From Eledone cirrhosa (lineage: Eukaryota): a DNA stretch of 64,000 bases. The notes below the pieces were generated by a model. That model had not been told where the DNA came from. It ran no database searches and saw only the letters and a program-made list of their open reading frames with translations. Below are positions 1 through 13,560 of this stretch, in pieces (within the stretch, counting starts at the first letter, position 1; each line of letters opens with the position of its first letter). Position numbers and translations under genes: made by a program. The stretch is from contig OZ024742.1 in NCBI GenBank assembly GCA_964016885.1, forward strand, positions 261,082,001 through 261,146,000. The letters run 5' to 3'.

Positions 1-100
1 CATCTGAGCAATATTAGAGAACAAACAAGAAGGCCACGGCACAATCTCTCTGTACTGGTCACCACAACTAGCTTCTAATCTACCCTTTCTTTTATTCATC

Positions 101-456
101 ATGAGAAGCAGTAGAGACTTTGAACAAAAACCGATTAATTCAGAATACGATGTTAACTTTGGACATGTTAACCATGGATATACCGGTGAGCCCTATTATC
201 CCACCAATTATTCATACCCTAATGAGGAAATGGTAACCGATAGAAGAGATTTCGGTTCTGATCCACCGAATGCGATTCCCCATAACCGTTTCCACATTAA
301 TAAATCGTATGTGGAAGATGAACCAGTATCACCTAGTAACCATTACTTTAACAGACAGCCTGCTATAAAAATGAAACGGACATACAAAGAGCGGATTAAC
401 ATGCTCATTAAGAAAAATGTTGACATTACCCCAATTCATCTCGTCAAAATTCTTAG
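101..456 (+). CDS. TMC7: TMC7-like exon 1 (MRSSRDF...VKIL-R, ends phase 2)
   Basis: ATG at 101 with in-frame upstream TGA at 5-7; donor AG|GTATGT at 456/457; phase matches exon 2. Confidence 0.75.
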
Positions 457-3400
457 GTATGTGTCATTTCATCAATTTTACTCTCTTGACCATTTTAAAT
501 ATACTGAATTATTTTTCGTTTTTACTTCGTTTTGTTTATTTGTTTTGCTGTGATTTAAAAAAATATTTTGTTGTGGATTTATTATAGTAATGAGCTTCAA
601 TGTTAGAATAAAGGATATGATCAAAGGTGAGCTCGATCGTAGCTGACATGGGGCTAAATTACAACTAGTGGTAGAGGCAGACACGGAAGCACGGGGAGTG
701 TTTGAACAACTGTAGCATTTATAATAATTAATCCTGTGTCAAGCATATCACACCAACATTACCACCTCAAACCAACCTCCCAAGGAATGCCTGAGCTCTT
801 CATCGGCTGGTAATAGTAGCCAAATCTCCCTTAAACAACACTTTTTTTTAAAAAAGGACACATTTAAATATTTTATAACTAAAGAAAAGTAAAAGGACGG
901 GATAATGATACATAGAACACCTTTGATCATATTTCAACTTGATCAAGGCTGACATTAAGGCTAAACTGCTATAACTATTATTTAGCGTGTTACAAAGATC
1001 GTCAACAGCATCAACACCACTAACATTCTTAGCATGATACCTGTAGAGATATGCATTACAATTGAAGATGTAAGAAAAATGTAAATATATCTGAAGAAGA
1101 AGCGATCTTTTAAACGATTCAGCGAATGAAGGACATTTCCTTTTAAGTGATAACTATTTAGTGGGTGGAGAGTCGACACCAATATCGGATTAGTACTTTA
1201 TTTATTGGCCTGATACGCAATAGGGCCCACCCACAGACCCGGCGGACAGAATGGAGAAGGCGTTTCCCTGGAGGACGGCAAGGGACATGCGCTGGAAAAG
1301 CCACTCTAACTCGCGGGGCTCACACTTGCGGCTGGCGAGCTCAGCGCCTATGGTGGTGAATAAGGAGGTAGCCCTGGGGCTGAGGATACCAGAAGTCTCC
1401 ACTGCCAGGGGTACGACCGCAAACCTGTCGAAGAGCGACCAGTATTTGAGGAGTTTGGCCTCCTCAGCCCGACGTGCAGCAGAACCTGGGTCAGTCGCAG
1501 ACTGCACCAGGTTGCGGCTGCAGAAAGTGTTGGTGCAAGTGGCATCCCAGACGAGGTGTTTGCCACCGCGGAACGGGAAGATGGTCATGCCATCTGGCCT
1601 TTTGCCAGCCCCTTGATCCAGCCCCACCGGCTCGAGCTGGGAAGGGAAGCCTTCAGCTTCCAAGCCATACTTACTGACCTTGTTGAGGGCAGCATGGCGT
1701 GGAATGCGGCCGGCACTGTGGCGACAGGAAAGCGGGTGGAGGCCGAAAGAGTCCACAGTGGAACTGCAGTGACATTGGTGTAGTGTCATTAAGATCTCGG
1801 TATCTTCAATCCCTAGACTGCCGTTTCCCTCCTTCCAAATCAGGAGGGCATCATGCCTCTGGAAAACAGGAGCCCCGTAAAGTGGAATGACTGATGCTGC
1901 AACTGATAGACCTGGCTGTTTTCCACGGCAATGCTTTTGCCATCATATCTGCAGGACGCAGCTGAGATACACTATCCAGCCATGAAGGACTGCCGTCCGA
2001 AACGTTAAGGCCCTCTTTCTGCTATTTCAAGCGTTAACCTAATATATTCCTTCCATATATGAACCGATTGTGTTGTTATTTCTGTTTACATTATATATGT
2101 GTGTGTGTATATATATCATCATCATCATCATCATTTTACGTCCGCTTTTCCCTGCTTGCAAGTGTTGGACGGGTCCTATTCAGCACAGCATCTCTCCACT
2201 TGTCACGGTCTTTCGTCATCTCCTCCGTGAGTTTCAGCAATCTGAGGTCTGCTCTCATTACCTCTGCCCATGTTTGTTGTGGTCTTCCTCTACTGCGTCT
2301 TCCTTCTACTGGGATTTCTTGGCACTTCTTTACCCAGCGGTCATCCTCCATGTGCATCACATGTCCATACCATCTCGGTCTTCTCTCCCGCACACCACAA
2401 CTTATCCTTTTATACACACTTTCTCTCTCAACTCATCTATGCTTGGTCGTTCACGCTCATTGACATTGCACATCCAACAGAGCATGCTTGCTTCATTTCT
2501 TTCCAGCTGTCACATATCCTCTGTAGTTGCTGCCCATGTCTCACTACCATGCAGCATCGCACATCTCATACAGGCATCATATAACCGGCCTTTCATATGC
2601 AGGGAGAAACCCTTCTTTGTCAACAGAGGAAGCAGCTCCCTAAACTTCTCCCAACACGTCCTTATTCTAGATACTATGGGTCCGACCCCCCCCCCCCCCC
2701 CCCCCCTCCCATGCTAATCTGATCACCTAGGTACAGGAAGCTATCAACCACTTCTATAGAACCCACCTGCATTGGGAAAATGTGTCTATCACTGTGATTT
2801 CTACTGTCTAATTTCCCTGTACATCTACTGCATACATAGTTTTCCCTACCTGTTAGTTTGCCTGCTATCCCACTACATCTCTTGTGTACCCAAAATCTGC
2901 ATTCTGTACATTTTATAGAATTTATACCAGTTCCTTTCCTACATATTGAACATAGCCATTTCCCTGATGGAATCAGAGTTTTCTCCTCTTTTCTACTGAT
3001 AAACACTTTTGTCTTAGTTATCTTCACTCTCAGTCCTCTTGCTTCCAACTGCTGTTTCCATAGCCAGAATTTATTCTCTAGCCCCTCTACTGATTCTGCT
3101 ATAAGAACCAGATCGTCAGCATAGAGAAGTTCCCATGGACAGTCAGTCTTAAACTCCTCTGTTATGGCTTGGAGGACTATAATGAACAAGAGCGGGCTGA
3201 GGACCGAACCCTGATGTACTCCTACTTGTATCTGGAATACCTCACTAAACTCCATTCCTACTCTCGCTTTACTGACAGCACCTTTGTACATAGCTTGCAC
3301 TGTCCTCACAAGCCATTCCTCTACATCTAGTTTTCTTAGAGACCACGAGATAACAGATTGGGGAACCCTATCAAAGGCCTTCTCTAGGTCAACAAAAGCT

Positions 3401-6400
3401 AAGTATAGTGACTTATTCTTCTCTAAGAACCTCTCTTGTAGTTGTTTCATCTAATTTGACCCTTTCTCTAATTAGTTTTGCTAATATTCTCTCTGCCACT
3501 TTCATAACCTGATCCATCAGCTTTATGCCCCTATAATTGCTCCTTTGCAGCAATTTATGAGAATACTGCTGCACCAGTCTTTGGGTATGACACCGCCATG
3601 TATAGCTTGATTGATGATGCGTACAACCAGTTTAGTGCCTACGTCCTCTGATGCCTTCAGCATCTCAGCAACTATCCCCAACGGTTCAGCGGCCTTACCA
3701 TTTTTCATTTCCTTAATTGCCTCTTGGACCCTATATTCGTCTATCTCAATAGCTGGTTCCTCTATTGGGTCTACTGAGTGTAATTTCTCTCTCTCCCATT
3801 CGTTCTCCACATTTATCAGTCTCTTATAATGACATTTCCAGGCCTCCTTTTTCTGATCATTCGTGACATTAAGTACACCAGCATCATTCCGGACACACTT
3901 ATCTCCAACAACATCCTGATTTTCACTGACACACTGCCTTCTGATTTTCCTGTCGCAGAAGATTGGCAAACCTCCTACTCTCAGCCTCCCTGCGTGCTAA
4001 GTACACTTGACGTCTAGCTTCTCTCTTAGTGGCTGTGTATCTGTCTCTACTCCCACCATTTTCCCAAGCATTCCATGCTGGTCTTTTGTCTCTAATGGCC
4101 CTATCTACTGTGCTGTTCCACCACCAGGTCACTCTCTGTCTGGTCGGAGCTCTGCTCCAGCCACAAGTTTCTTCAGTAGTCTGCAGTAAGTTGTCACGTA
4201 AGAAATTCTAGTTATCATCTATGTCATACGATTCTAAATCGTCTTCCTTTTCCTCATACACATCTTGAAGGGCTTTCCTAAATTTATATTTTGATGAAAA
4301 GTCTTTTAGCTTTCAGACATTTCTTTTCCACACATTCCTGTATGTCTCATTTTGTCTCTTGCTTACTGAGATGTCACTAGCGACTAACCTATGCTGTGGG
4401 GTACATTCTTCCCCGGGGTAAGCCTTAGTATTTGACACCATCTGTCTATCTCACTGCCTAACTAGTAAGAAGTCAATCTGGCTTATGTGCTCGCCTGATT
4501 TGTAGGTTATTAGGTGGTTGGTAGGTTTCTTGAAGTTAGTGTTGCAAATGGTTAATGCACTTGCATCACAAAATTCAAGAAGCCTCACTCCTTCATTTCT
4601 TGAGCCATAACCGTACCCACCATGTACCCCACTGTATCCATCCTGGAGCTGTCCAACATGACCATTGAAGTCCCCTGCTAGCATAACAATGTCTCTGTCC
4701 TCTGTCATTGTGGCTGTTTCTAAAAGTTGCTCGTAAAAGCAGTCTTTCTCTTCTTTACCTAGGCCTGCCTAGGGAGCATAGGCAGAGATGATTGTCAGCA
4801 GTCTCTTGCCTACAACTAATCTAAGCTTAATTATTCTATTACTAACTCTAACTACCTCTATTGTCTTATCCATCCATCTCTCAGCCAGTAAAATGCCTAC
4901 TCCACCTAACCCATCATCATTACCCACCCAGAAAAGCTTATAACTAAGATGTTTGCCTGCAATTAGTCTTGCAGAGGCACCTCTCCATCACACCTCTTGC
5001 ACACAGCACACATCCACATGCCTTCTCTCCAGCATCTCTGCTATCTCACCAGATCTACCTGTTAGAGTGCCAACATTAAGTGTGGCAACTCTGAGATGCG
5101 ATGTCTTCATATTCTTATTCTTGTTCCTGTTGTGTGATTGCTTGATGACGGCCGGGGGGTTCTCGCACATGGCCGCACCAGCCACCCCACTACCGTGCAC
5201 AGCCCTAACATGGTTAGTGTTATTGCTGTTTATGCAGTTGTTGTTGTTGTGCGATTGCCTGATGATGGTCGGGGAGTTCTCACACATTGCCACACCAGCC
5301 ACCCCACTACCGTGCACAGCCCTAACATAGTTAGTGTTTACGCATTTGTTTACGCATTTGTTGCAATTCTCATTTGTTTTACTCATAGTTTTTGGCATTA
5401 ATATATACTGGTTGGATGCCCTTCCTAACACCAGCACTAGAGAGGTTGTCTTACTGGACTCAGAGACCCTATACATCCCTCCATTTTACAGTATGGACTG
5501 GGTGCTTTTATTCGTGCCAACAGCACTAGGGAAGTTGTCTTACTGGACTTAGGGGACTTCTCTACCCCGCACCAATTTATTCGGAGTGGTAGCTCTCCTA
5601 GATGGGTTGCCTACGCTATGGCTTACGGAGCCTCCGTCCGCCCTGTGTCTGCACTGAGCGGAACCTGGTTTAACGTTCTATGTGCACTAGTGTTTAGCGT
5701 ACAGCGCCAGGCATGCATACCGGAAGGTGATAGATATAGGGTGAGTGGGTGGGATGAAAAATGGCGATTTCCTAACCTCTGTTATCCTAAACATGGCTAT
5801 GCTATATGAGCAATTTTTCCGTTACGAATATATGCACGTACACAACACACATATATATTAACAGCTATATAAGTACAAACAGACATTAGTACATATATCT
5901 ATACATATATATACATCGAAAGTAGGAAATTGGCAATTTTTCAACTTATCTTATTTACTCCTATCTACTCCTTTCCTACATATCAAGCAGTGCCACTTCC
6001 CTGGTGAAACTGGAGTCCTGTCTTTCTTCCAACTGACTAACACTTTGGCTTTTGCTCAATTTACTCTCAGCCTTTTTGTTTCCACAGCAGGAATTTCTTC
6101 TCTAGCTCTTCCACTGATTCAGCTATAATAACCAGGTCATCAGCATCCAAAATTTCCATCCATTAAGACCTGCAGGGCTATAATAAACAGATGTAGAACC
6201 TCACTAAACTCATTATTTACTCACACTTTGCTGACAACACTCCTGTACATGACTTGCACTGCTTTCACAAGCCACTCATCTGCACCTATTACACATCCAA
6301 CAAAGCATGTTCGCTTCATTTCTCTCTGCCATGCAACATCACACTTCTCATGCAGGTACCATGCAATCTGCCTATTACTCATAGAGAAAATCCCTTTATT

Positions 6401-9400
6401 GTCAACAAAGGTTTTAGCTCCATAAACGTTTTACAGGCTGTTCTTATTCTAGCTACTATGTTTTCAGAGCAACCTCCTTCGCTGTTAATATGCCACCTAT
6501 GTAACAGAAACTATCACCTATTTCTATGGTACTTTCCTGAGATTGGAAAAGCTGTTTCATTGCTGCTCTTATTATCCATTATTTCTGTGCATCTGTCGCT
6601 TGCAAAGTCTGTTTTTTCTGTTAACATTTCTCAATTATGCCTGCTCTTTTTCTCTTGTGGAATCAGAGTTTTGTCTTCTTTCTTACTTATAAAACTTTCA
6701 TCTTAGCTAGGTTTACTTTGAGCCCTTTTGAGTTTTGTTTCTACAACAGGAATTTCTCCTCAAACTCTTTCACTGATTCAGCTATAAGAACACGATCATC
6801 AGTATACAAAAGTTCCCATGGTCAGCTGGTCTTAAACTCATTTGTTATGGCCTGGAGTGGATGCCTATAATAAACAGAAGTGGGTTGACGACTAACCCTG
6901 GTGAACCCCTACCTACACATTGAATTCCTCATTCTACTCATTACTTACTCACACTTTGCTGATAGCACCTTTGTACATGGCTTGCACTGCTTTCAGAAGT
7001 CACTCATCTGCACCTAGTTTCCTTAAAGACCGCTAGATAACAGATTATGGAACTCTGAACTCTGTCAAAGGCTTTCTCCAGGTGCTCAGTCCTGGCACAA
7101 AATAAAACTGTAGCTTATCTAATTTGACTATTTCCCTAATTAGTTTTGCTAACACTCTTTCTGTAACTTTTATAACCTGATTCATCAGTTTTATACTTCT
7201 GTACTTGTTCCTTTCTCGAGCATCCCATTTTCCTACTTCACAAGATGATTTCAGCATCAGCAACTATCTCTGATGGTTTAGCAGCTTTTCCATTTTTCAT
7301 CTTGATTGCTTCCTTGACCCTGTTACTATTAACTTCGATAACCAGTCCCTTTGTTGAGTCTACTGCGGGTAGTCCCTCTTTCTTCCACTCATTTCATAAC
7401 ATTTCCAAGCCTTTTCTTCCAAGAATTTGTGAGGATAAATACACTGGTGTCATTCCAAACACTTTTTTCCCAATGAAATCCTGATTCACACTGACACACT
7501 GCTTTGTGTGTCAGCATGAAACAATATGGAACACCTCACACCTCTGATCCTTGTAGAACTTGGAAAACCCCTTTCAGCCTCTTTACATGTTATGTTAACC
7601 TGTCGTCTAACTTCTCTTTTAGCTACTTGATATTGTTCTTTACTGTGCTCATTTTTTCTAGGCCTTCCATGCCTGTTACTTAACTTTAATGGCTCTATCC
7701 ACAGTGGTGTTCCACCTCCAGGTCACCCTTCATCCGGCTGATACCGTGCTCCAGCCATAGGCCTCATCAATAGCCTCTGCAGTAGGTTGTCACGTAGAAA
7801 CTTTCAAATGTTCTTTATGACATATGTATCTAACTCCTCCTCCCTTCATTATATATATCTCATAGAACTTTTCTAAACCTATATTTTACAGAAAGGTCCT
7901 TTAACTCCCATATTCTCCTTCTCCAGATTTTCCTGTGTATCTGATTTCATCTAGTTTTTATTCTGATGTCACTGATAATTAACATGGTGGAGGTTGCATT
8001 TTTCTCTGGGAAAGGCCTTAACGTTTATAAGCACCTGTCTAGCCCATTTTCTAACAAGCCAGAAGTCTATCTGGATTATATGTTTGCCTGATTGATAGGC
8101 TGGCCAGTTTCATGAAGTTAAGAGTTGCAAATAGTTATTGTCATTTGTATTGCAGAATTCTATGAGCTTTGATCCCTCTTCATTTCTCAAGACATATCCA
8201 TAACTACTATACACTCTGAAGTTCCTATCTTATTGTTGATGAACATATTCATTGAAATCACTATCTAGGATAATGAAGTTGCTGTCATCTGTTAATGAAA
8301 TTGTCTGTAAGAGGTCCTTTTAAAAACTGTCCTTTTTTTCTTTACTTAGTCTTCATTGTGACACATGAGTAAAAATAGCCATTGTCATTCTATTGCCTAT
8401 GACTATTTTGGGCTTGATAATTTTGACATTTACTTTAACTGCTTTAATTATCTTATCTATTCATTTATCAGCTAGTAAAATGTCTATTCCACCTATATTA
8501 TCATAAATTATTGCCTAGAAGAGCTTATATCTATGCTGTTTACGTATGAGGAATCTAGCTGAGACTCCCCTCTTTCTCCCTTCATGATCACAACATACTG
8601 CTTTGTAGTATGCCAACATTAAGAGTAGCAGTCCTGAGATGTGTTACCTGGCTGTAGTGGTTAGGTTGTCTTTTGTCCTTCAAAAGGAAATTGGTTGTGT
8701 GATAGCTTGATGAAGATCAAAGGATCCATGTACATGACTGGGTGAGCCATTCTCTACTGTGTGGACTAACATGATTAGTCCTGTATATACCATTAGTGTG
8801 TGTATTATAGGTTGTAATTTTCATAATCTGGCTGAATGCTCTTCTTATCAACCACTTTACAGTCTGTACTGAGGGCATTTTATTGTGCTACCTGCATTAG
8901 AGAGATAGTCTGACAAATTCTTCTCTACTCTGCAGCAGGTTCTAGCCATTCCCTCCCATTTCCATTTTTTTTCTTTATATTTTCCTATTTTACATTCTAT
9001 TCTTCTCAATCTAAATTTTCTTTTTTTCTTTTTCTATTAAACTGTATTTACATGATATATTCCATAAATAAATAATGTTTATATAGTAATCTTCTTTGTT
9101 GTACTTTGGCTCTAATAGAATTTATGGTTTTCATATTTAATAGCATAGCTTTATTATAGCTTAATTATAGCTTAACAGTTTTCCACATAATGCTTGGTGT
9201 ACTATACAATTTTAAGATTGACACAAGACCTCAAATCCTGTATTTTGGTATAGTCTTACTCACAGTACTTCTTGACTTGACTGGTACTATACTTTATCAA
9301 CTCCAGAAGAACAAAAGACAAAGTTGGCCTTGGTGGAATGAGAACACAAAATGTAAAGACCACACAGTATAACTTTAATCAAATAAAAAATGCTATATCA

Positions 9401-12400
9401 TTGAGTCAATTCAGGAAAAAAGTATTTTCAGGCATGAATGATTAAGGAAATGGGTAGCATAGATGACTCAATGTTATTTAAATGATAATTTATTTTTAGC
9501 TCCAGTTCATGATTTATCATTTAACGCCTGACTTGTTTATTAGCTAGTAGCCAGCTAGGAACCATGCTAGTTTACTGGCTAGTTGCCATAGTAGTTAACC
9601 AGCTAGTAGCCATATGAATTCACTGGAACAGCGGTGCATGGCTCAATTCGGTGCCTTCCTCATCAACTGGTACCCTACTTGATAACGAGTGCACTTACAT
9701 TGGAGTGGCCCAATGCCTTAGCCTCCACATGTGTGAGTCACATAAATAACATTGCGGGGTGGTCATTGACAAGTTCGGTCTGCACCCACTGTCTTGCCGC
9801 CAGAGCGCTGGCTGGTTTCTCTGACATGCTGCTCTCAATGATATATTGAGAAGGAGCCTGGACACAGCTGGCTTCCCATCACAACTGGAGCCAGCAGCCC
9901 TTGACCACAGAGACGGCAAATGCCCAGATGGAATCACCGTCTTGCCATTCGAAGGAGGCAGATCCCTCATCTGGGATGCCTCATGTTGTGACATGTTCTC
10001 CATCTCCAACTTAGTTGCTTCAGCCACAAACCCCGGTACTGTGGCCCACAATGTAGAGGAAGGAGCCCCATGAGGTGGGGTGGCTGTTGCAGCGGGTGCC
10101 ACTGGCTACTGTCCGGGGCAGTGCTTTTGTGGTCTTGTCCGTGGGGCACAGCCCCACTACTGCCCCGCCCAATCACTCTCCCCATTCTTCTGTGACACTA
10201 GAGCCTTTGCCTTTCTCATCCCTTTCTGTTTTTTTTTATATTTTAAAAATATATTTTCCTATTTTACATTCCATTCTTTCTTCTCAATCTAAATTTGTTT
10301 TCTTTTTCTATTAAATTGTATTTACATGATATATTTTTACATAGAACAAAATATAATTGTTTCTACTTTTGGCACAAGGCCAGCAATTACCCAGTGTATT
10401 ACTGGTATTTTATTTTATCGACCCCGTAAGGATGAAAGGCAAAGTTAACCTTGGCGGGATTTGAACTCAGAATGGCAAGGACCGTAACTCTATGCGTCAA
10501 AGCATGGCGTCCGACCCTCTACCGATACTGCCAATCCCCCGCCATAATGTTTATTAGCTATTAGCAAGACTAGTATACTAGCTAGTAAACATTAGCCAAA
10601 CAAGTTTATTAGCTATTAGCCAGACTGTTATCAACTATTAGCCAGACTGTTATCATACTAGTTTATCAGCTATTTGCCAGACTAGTTTATTAGATACTAG
10701 CTGAGGTACCCAGCTTCGCCTGGGTAAATAGATGATGAAAAAAGACTGGTAGAAGAGAAAACAATTGTATTGGATGTGTTGTCTGGTTTACAGTATGAGG
10801 CAAGACCGTGGTGTGACAAAAGAAAAAAAAATGAGTCAAAAATCTTCCAGAAACACCAGATGCTTCGTTTTACTGTTCTTGCATAGTATATGAAGATTTC
10901 TAGGTGTTCCCACTCATGAAAAACCTACATATAACTGTCCACGAGTAAAAACCAATTCTCTCATATTCAATCCTACAACTTTGAGACTCTGACACTGAGG
11001 TTTATTTATGGTCATAGCAAAACTGGCTTTAATGGGGAACTGAAGTCTTGAGAATTTGAATGGCAGCTCGGTAGAGGAAGGGGTAAGAGGAATCTTGGGA
11101 ATAAATGCATTTTCTCCTTGATGATTGCCTCCAACAATAGTGACCTCTAGGAGATTGTTCCTCATCCACACGTGCATTAAGCATGTGCCATTGCATAGAT
11201 GTGGCAGGTCCAAATTTCTCAAAAGGATGTTGGGAGTTCCAATCTTTTATATTATATATATATATATAGATATAAACAATTATATATAAGTGTGTGTGTG
11301 TGTGTGTGTGTAAACCACCATTCAAATCCATGGAGACACTGGCCGTGATACTCGAGCATCCCTGACAATGCAGAGAGAATCCCTTATGGTTGTCTCTCAT
11401 CCTGCTAGAAATAGCAGTTGGGTTGGTTAACATATCTGGGATGTTTTTCTTCTTTTTTGATGTTATAAAATGAGCATCAATAAACTTTCCTGAGTATAGC
11501 CTCATTCCATTGTTGTACTTACTTTTCGATTATCAGTTTTCGTGTTTGTGTGATATGCGAAAACCAACCAATAAACACCTCTCTCTTATATTATATATAG
11601 ATATAGATTAGCCAGACTAAATTACTGCCTAGTAACTATCTTAGTTAATTAGCTAATAACCAGATTTGTTAACCAGTTTAGCTGATTAGCTAATAGCCCA
11701 GCTAGTTAACCAGTTTAGCTAACTAGCTAATATCCAGGCTAGATAACACTTTATGGCATAATTTCTACAGTTGGATGCCTTTCTTATCAACAACTGCCTT
11801 TCTGAGTGTGTTATATCATGGCACCAGTGTGAAGGAGGTTCTTGGTCATTGACTCAACTGAAAATCCCTCTCTACCCTATGAGAGGAAAATAGTAGGGAG
11901 GATGATAATTAGTATATCATTGGTAAGTAGCAATAGAGCGGAGACTGGGTGGGTGACAGTAGCTTTTTCATTTTTCATAGTACCAGCACCAATACCAGGG
12001 AGGTTGTTGCTTGTTCGTCTAGACTAGAGATTCCTCTCAAACCCTGTATTGTCTAAGTTTGGTTGTCTTCAGTCTCTCACCACATTACTTTCAGAGTTAC
12101 AGTGCTTATACTGGTGGATGGGCTTTCTGTATTATGGAATGTTGTCTGTCAGCTCGGACCTGTATCATATCCTATGTGATGTTCAGTTTCTTAAGATCAT
12201 TCTTCACAACTTCATCCCACATCTTCCTTTGCCTCTCTCTTACACAGATTCCATCCACTTCAAGTGTTTGGCACCTTTTTTATATAACTCTTGCTCCTCT
12301 TATGCATCACAAGACCATACTGGCACAATTGTCTCTCTTGTACACTACATTTAATTCCTCTTACAACTTTTTTCTCAGCCCACCCATGCTATGTCATTTG

Positions 12401-13484
12401 CATATATTAACATTACGTATGCTTCATTTTTTTCAGCTGCTTGAGATCTTTTGCACTTATGTCTCACTGCTATGCAACATAACAGTTAAAATATAAGTAT
12501 CATATATATAGCCGTATCTATGTAAGTGAGATATGAGGGTCGCCAGCCTATTTGAGAAATCAGTAGCTCTGGTTAAATACTGACTTGGTATGTGATGTGT
12601 CATATATCCCTCGGTAGCATGGAAAATGGTCGTTGGAGGGTGATGATGATGAGCATGATGATGATGACAATGATATGTGTGCACTTGTGTGTGTAAAAAA
12701 ATACCTTGTTTCAAGTTTTGGTTGCTAATAGCCACAGCAAATACAGTGGGTTTATTTATGAATTGGGAGCTTTAATTTCAAGTTTGGTGTTTCTGTTATA
12801 CTTTATACTAGAGTTGGTTTTCTCTCTCCCTCTCTCTCTCATCAGCTGTTTTTTAACCTGAAGAGGGATGGGCTCCCAGGTTTAAAATGCCTAAGACATG
12901 CTGTATTTCAGGATGGTGCTCCTATAACTCCTTCAACAGTAAAAGGCCCTTTGTCTTCAAATTGTATATATATATATTAATAATGTCTGGTTGAGAGCTT
13001 TATTCGGTTTGTGGAAAGGAATTTATTCCTTTGTTCAAAATTTGAATTTGGACTGCCAAAAACTGGGGGTTACCTCCCTTTGGGAAAACCATGTGACCGC
13101 CAACAGTGTTACTGCTAAAACTCACACCTGGCAGCGGCAGAGAACGGATACCTATTGAGAAAGTGAAACCTCCGTTCGATCTTCCAAAACCAATAACTTG
13201 CATACCACGCAAGTGGATTTTGTTGATTTCGGATTCACAGAAACCTAGTGGAGATATCGCTTAATATCGACACGATGGTCCAGGTTTGTCAAATTATCCT
13301 TGGTTTTCTCATTGCTTTGCTCCTTGAGGCTGGCTTACCAGTCGCAATCTTCAATTTGGCAAGCTGTCTAAACGTAATGTTATTACTCTAAGGTAAAATA
13401 CCTTATTGAGTGCTTAGCTGCACATTCCGATTGCATTCGTTAGCTGAGCTGCAACCAGAGCTTTGATTATGCTGAACTTCCATT

Positions 13485-13560
<76 letters not shown>

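Noticed and set aside
101-553. Standalone 150-aa single-exon protein
   Set aside because: A strong donor at 456/457 and the T-rich read-through tail indicate exon 1 running into an intron
5570-5720. HDV-like ribozyme at the RTE 5' end
   Set aside because: I could not assemble P1, P1.1, P2 and P3 with the required L3 and J4/2 by eye
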